Source: Methanomethylovorans hollandica DSM 15978 (lineage in GTDB: Archaea > Halobacteriota > Methanosarcinia > Methanosarcinales > Methanosarcinaceae). Taken from it: a stretch of 64,000 nt of DNA. Where the stretch lies: NCBI RefSeq assembly GCF_000328665.1, contig NC_019977.1, forward strand, positions 124,001 through 188,000, read 5' to 3'. A program made the translations under genes and the position numbers. The notes beneath the pieces were generated by a model. That model ran no database searches. It was not told the DNA's origin and saw only the letters and a program-made list of their open reading frames with translations. Positions 62,329 through 64,000 of the stretch are shown here, one piece after another (within the stretch, counting starts at the first letter, position 1; every line of letters starts with the position of its first letter).

Positions 62329-62953
62329 TTATCAGAATGCATTCTTTGCAGAGTTTTTTTCCACAATAGGATTTTGCATATTCAACAATAAGTGCATGGT
62401 ACTCCTTGAATGTGTTTACATCCTTTGAAAGTGTATTTTCAAATAACCTCTGCAGTTCTTCGTAATTACCTTCTACACCCATGCATCCCATAATACGTGT
62501 AGTATATGCATCGATAACAAATTTAGGTTTATCAGCAGCGTACAATATTATACTATCCGCAGTTTCATTGCCAACACCGTTCAGAGCCAATAATGTCGTA
62601 CGTAACTGGTCAACTGGAAGCTTGAACAGTTCATCTATATCCCTCTCGATCAGAAACTGTGCTATGTTTTTTAATCTGCTGGCTTTCTGGCGATAGAATC
62701 TGCAGCATCTTATCATTTCTTCCAATGAAGACATATCTATTTTGACAAGACCATGCGGTTCAAGCACTTCTGCCCGTTTGAGATTACATATGGCCTTTTC
62801 CACATTGTTCCACTTTGTTTGCTGAGTTAGCAAAGCTCCAACAATTACCTCAAAGCGTGTTTCTGCAGGCCACCACTTTTGTGGACCAAATTCCTCCAGA
62901 AGTGTTCTATATATCTTTTTCAGGTCACTTTCTTTAAATTTTGAAGGTAACAG
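62285..62953 (-). CDS. Endonuclease III-related HhH-GPD protein (probable CTG start at 62953)
   Basis: Frame open upstream of the track start gives GPQKWWPAETRFEVIVGALLTQQTKW; HhH LNGVGNETADSI; FVIDAY; C-terminal Cys cluster. Confidence 0.88.
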   Translation of the reverse strand: MLPSKFKESDLKKIYRTLLEEFGPQKWWPAETRFEVIVGALLTQQTKWNNVEKAICNLKRAEVLEPHGLVKIDMSSLEEMIRCCRFYRQKASRLKNIAQFLIERDIDELFKLPVDQLRTTLLALNGVGNETADSIILYAADKPKFVIDAYTTRIMGCMGVEGNYEELQRLFENTLSKDVNTFKEYHALIVEYAKSYCGKKLCKECILINGHRKGTIHGQKQI

Positions 62954-63300
62954 AGAACTCTCAACTCCAAATCTCTTTTTCTTTTTATGGGAAGTATGTG
63001 CTTCTAATTTTATTTATTCTTTGCATTTTTGATCATTTCGTATGTTCCGATAGCAGCCATATTCTTGTTACTTACAGTTATCTTTTCAAAATATTCATTT
63101 GTCTCAAAATTCTATGTACGTATGAAGCACGCCCATTTCAGAAAAAGTTGTTCAGTGGGAACTTCCTTTCCTGTTATGTAATTAGTCTCTTTTGTGCGTC
63201 AATCCACTTGATATAAACGTGGAATTGTTTTCCTTTGGAATTTGATCTTGCATCAAGGAGACACTTTGCCGGAATTCCCATTATTCTTATGAATGATTGT

Positions 63301-64000
63301 TTAATTCTGAAAATTCTTTATGGATCCAGCAATAAGGGATGCAACACTTACAGAACTCTGTGCTTTTTCCAGTGTATCTGTGGCTATAATGTCGCGCACA
63401 CCTGCATTGAAGAGGCGCAACACCGCATTCTTTGCCAGTACGGGATGTACGCATGCAAGGTAAACTTCTCTTGCCCCCTGGCTCTTGAGGAGTTTTATAG
63501 ATTCTGCCATTGTACCGCCTGTAGCGATCATATCATCCACCAGGACCACATCCCTGCCACAGACATCCATATTCTTCGTTTTGATGTTCACGGTGTCCCC
63601 GGAAAGCCTGGTCTTTTCAAGATGATCGTACTGGATACCTACTCCTTTTGCAGTATTTTCTGCAAGGGTCATAGCACCTGTATCCGGAGCCACTATCAGA
63701 GGATCTTTCAGTTGGAGGGAGCTAATGTATTTTCCTATAACTTCTGATGCATCCAGGTCAAAAGCATCAGAACTAAAATAATTCAGGATACTTGGCTTGT
63801 GGATATTCACAGTAAATATCCTGTCTGCAGATATGGCTCTAGCTACAGCTCTTGCACTGATGGGTTCCCCACATTTGAACTTCTTATCCTGACGTGCATA
63901 CCCCATATAGGGAATAACCACGTTTACCACCTGCGCATCTTCGCAGGCATCTATCATAAGCAGTAGTGCCATGAGGTCAGAGTCTGTTGTTGTGCTCTGA
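63301..64000 (-). CDS. prs: Ribose-phosphate pyrophosphokinase (5' end outside window)
   Basis: PYMGYARQDK, APDTGA, VDDMIATGGT. Confidence 0.95.
   Translation of the reverse strand, partial: QSTTTDSDLMALLLMIDACEDAQVVNVVIPYMGYARQDKKFKCGEPISARAVARAISADRIFTVNIHKPSILNYFSSDAFDLDASEVIGKYISSLQLKDPLIVAPDTGAMTLAENTAKGVGIQYDHLEKTRLSGDTVNIKTKNMDVCGRDVVLVDDMIATGGTMAESIKLLKSQGAREVYLACVHPVLAKNAVLRLFNAGVRDIIATDTLEKAQSSVSVASLIAGSIKNFQN

Noticed and set aside
63010..63198. Minus-strand open stretch with one in-frame TAG (63112-63114) between prs and the EndoIII-like gene, as a Pyl-containing or decayed gene
   Set aside because: No start codon upstream of the TAG and no recognisable motif; cannot be supported without BLASTX
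358..63747. Many antisense or overlapping track ORFs (e.g. 358-663, 10336-10905, 15376-16035, 15999-16499, 41508-42143, 63235-63747)
   Set aside because: Shadow frames of well-supported genes on the opposite strand; no motifs
1..64000. tRNA, rRNA, IS elements or prophage
   Set aside because: No cloverleaf or T-loop motifs, rRNA-like tracts, transposase or integrase ORFs, or terminal inverted repeats seen by eye; tRNAscan-SE, Infernal and ISEScan would confirm

Overview
Ordinary core-chromosome segment of a methanogenic archaeon, most consistent with Methanosarcinaceae (Methanolobus/Methanomethylovorans/Methanosarcina-like). Support for this: a complete atwA-mmp3-6-5-15-17-7 methanogenesis-marker (MCR activation) operon, a corrinoid-protein homologue, class I LysRS, and both PurP and bacterial-type PurH. 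About 66 CDSs are supported. They cover amino-acid, purine and pyrimidine metabolism (asd, leuB/leuD, hisF, purP, purH, pyrH, prs, gpmI), RNA modification (truA, Trm11, U32/RlhA-like), DNA repair (fen, ogt, EndoIII-like), translation (eIF5A, map, lysS) and surface proteins (six pilin-like genes, PGF-CTERM proteins). I saw no tRNA, rRNA, CRISPR array or transposase. Items the ORF track missed or mis-called: a 58-aa 2x[4Fe-4S] ferredoxin (4092-4268), the partial pilin-like gene at 1-608, an internally deleted FAD-oxidoreductase pseudogene next to a 4-copy tandem repeat (about 14472-14841), and two genes that appear to start at CTG. Best candidates for under-described biology: a Zn-ribbon/PUA/PAPS-reductase/ferredoxin fusion divergent from Trm11 (possible RNA sulfur-modification enzyme); a corrinoid-protein homologue lacking the Co-ligating His; an AhpD/CMD-like gene coupled to the MCR-activation operon; a CDIN1-like nuclease overlapping an EndoIII-like gene; and the six-gene pilin-like cluster. 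All family calls come from motif recognition by eye, not from database searches.
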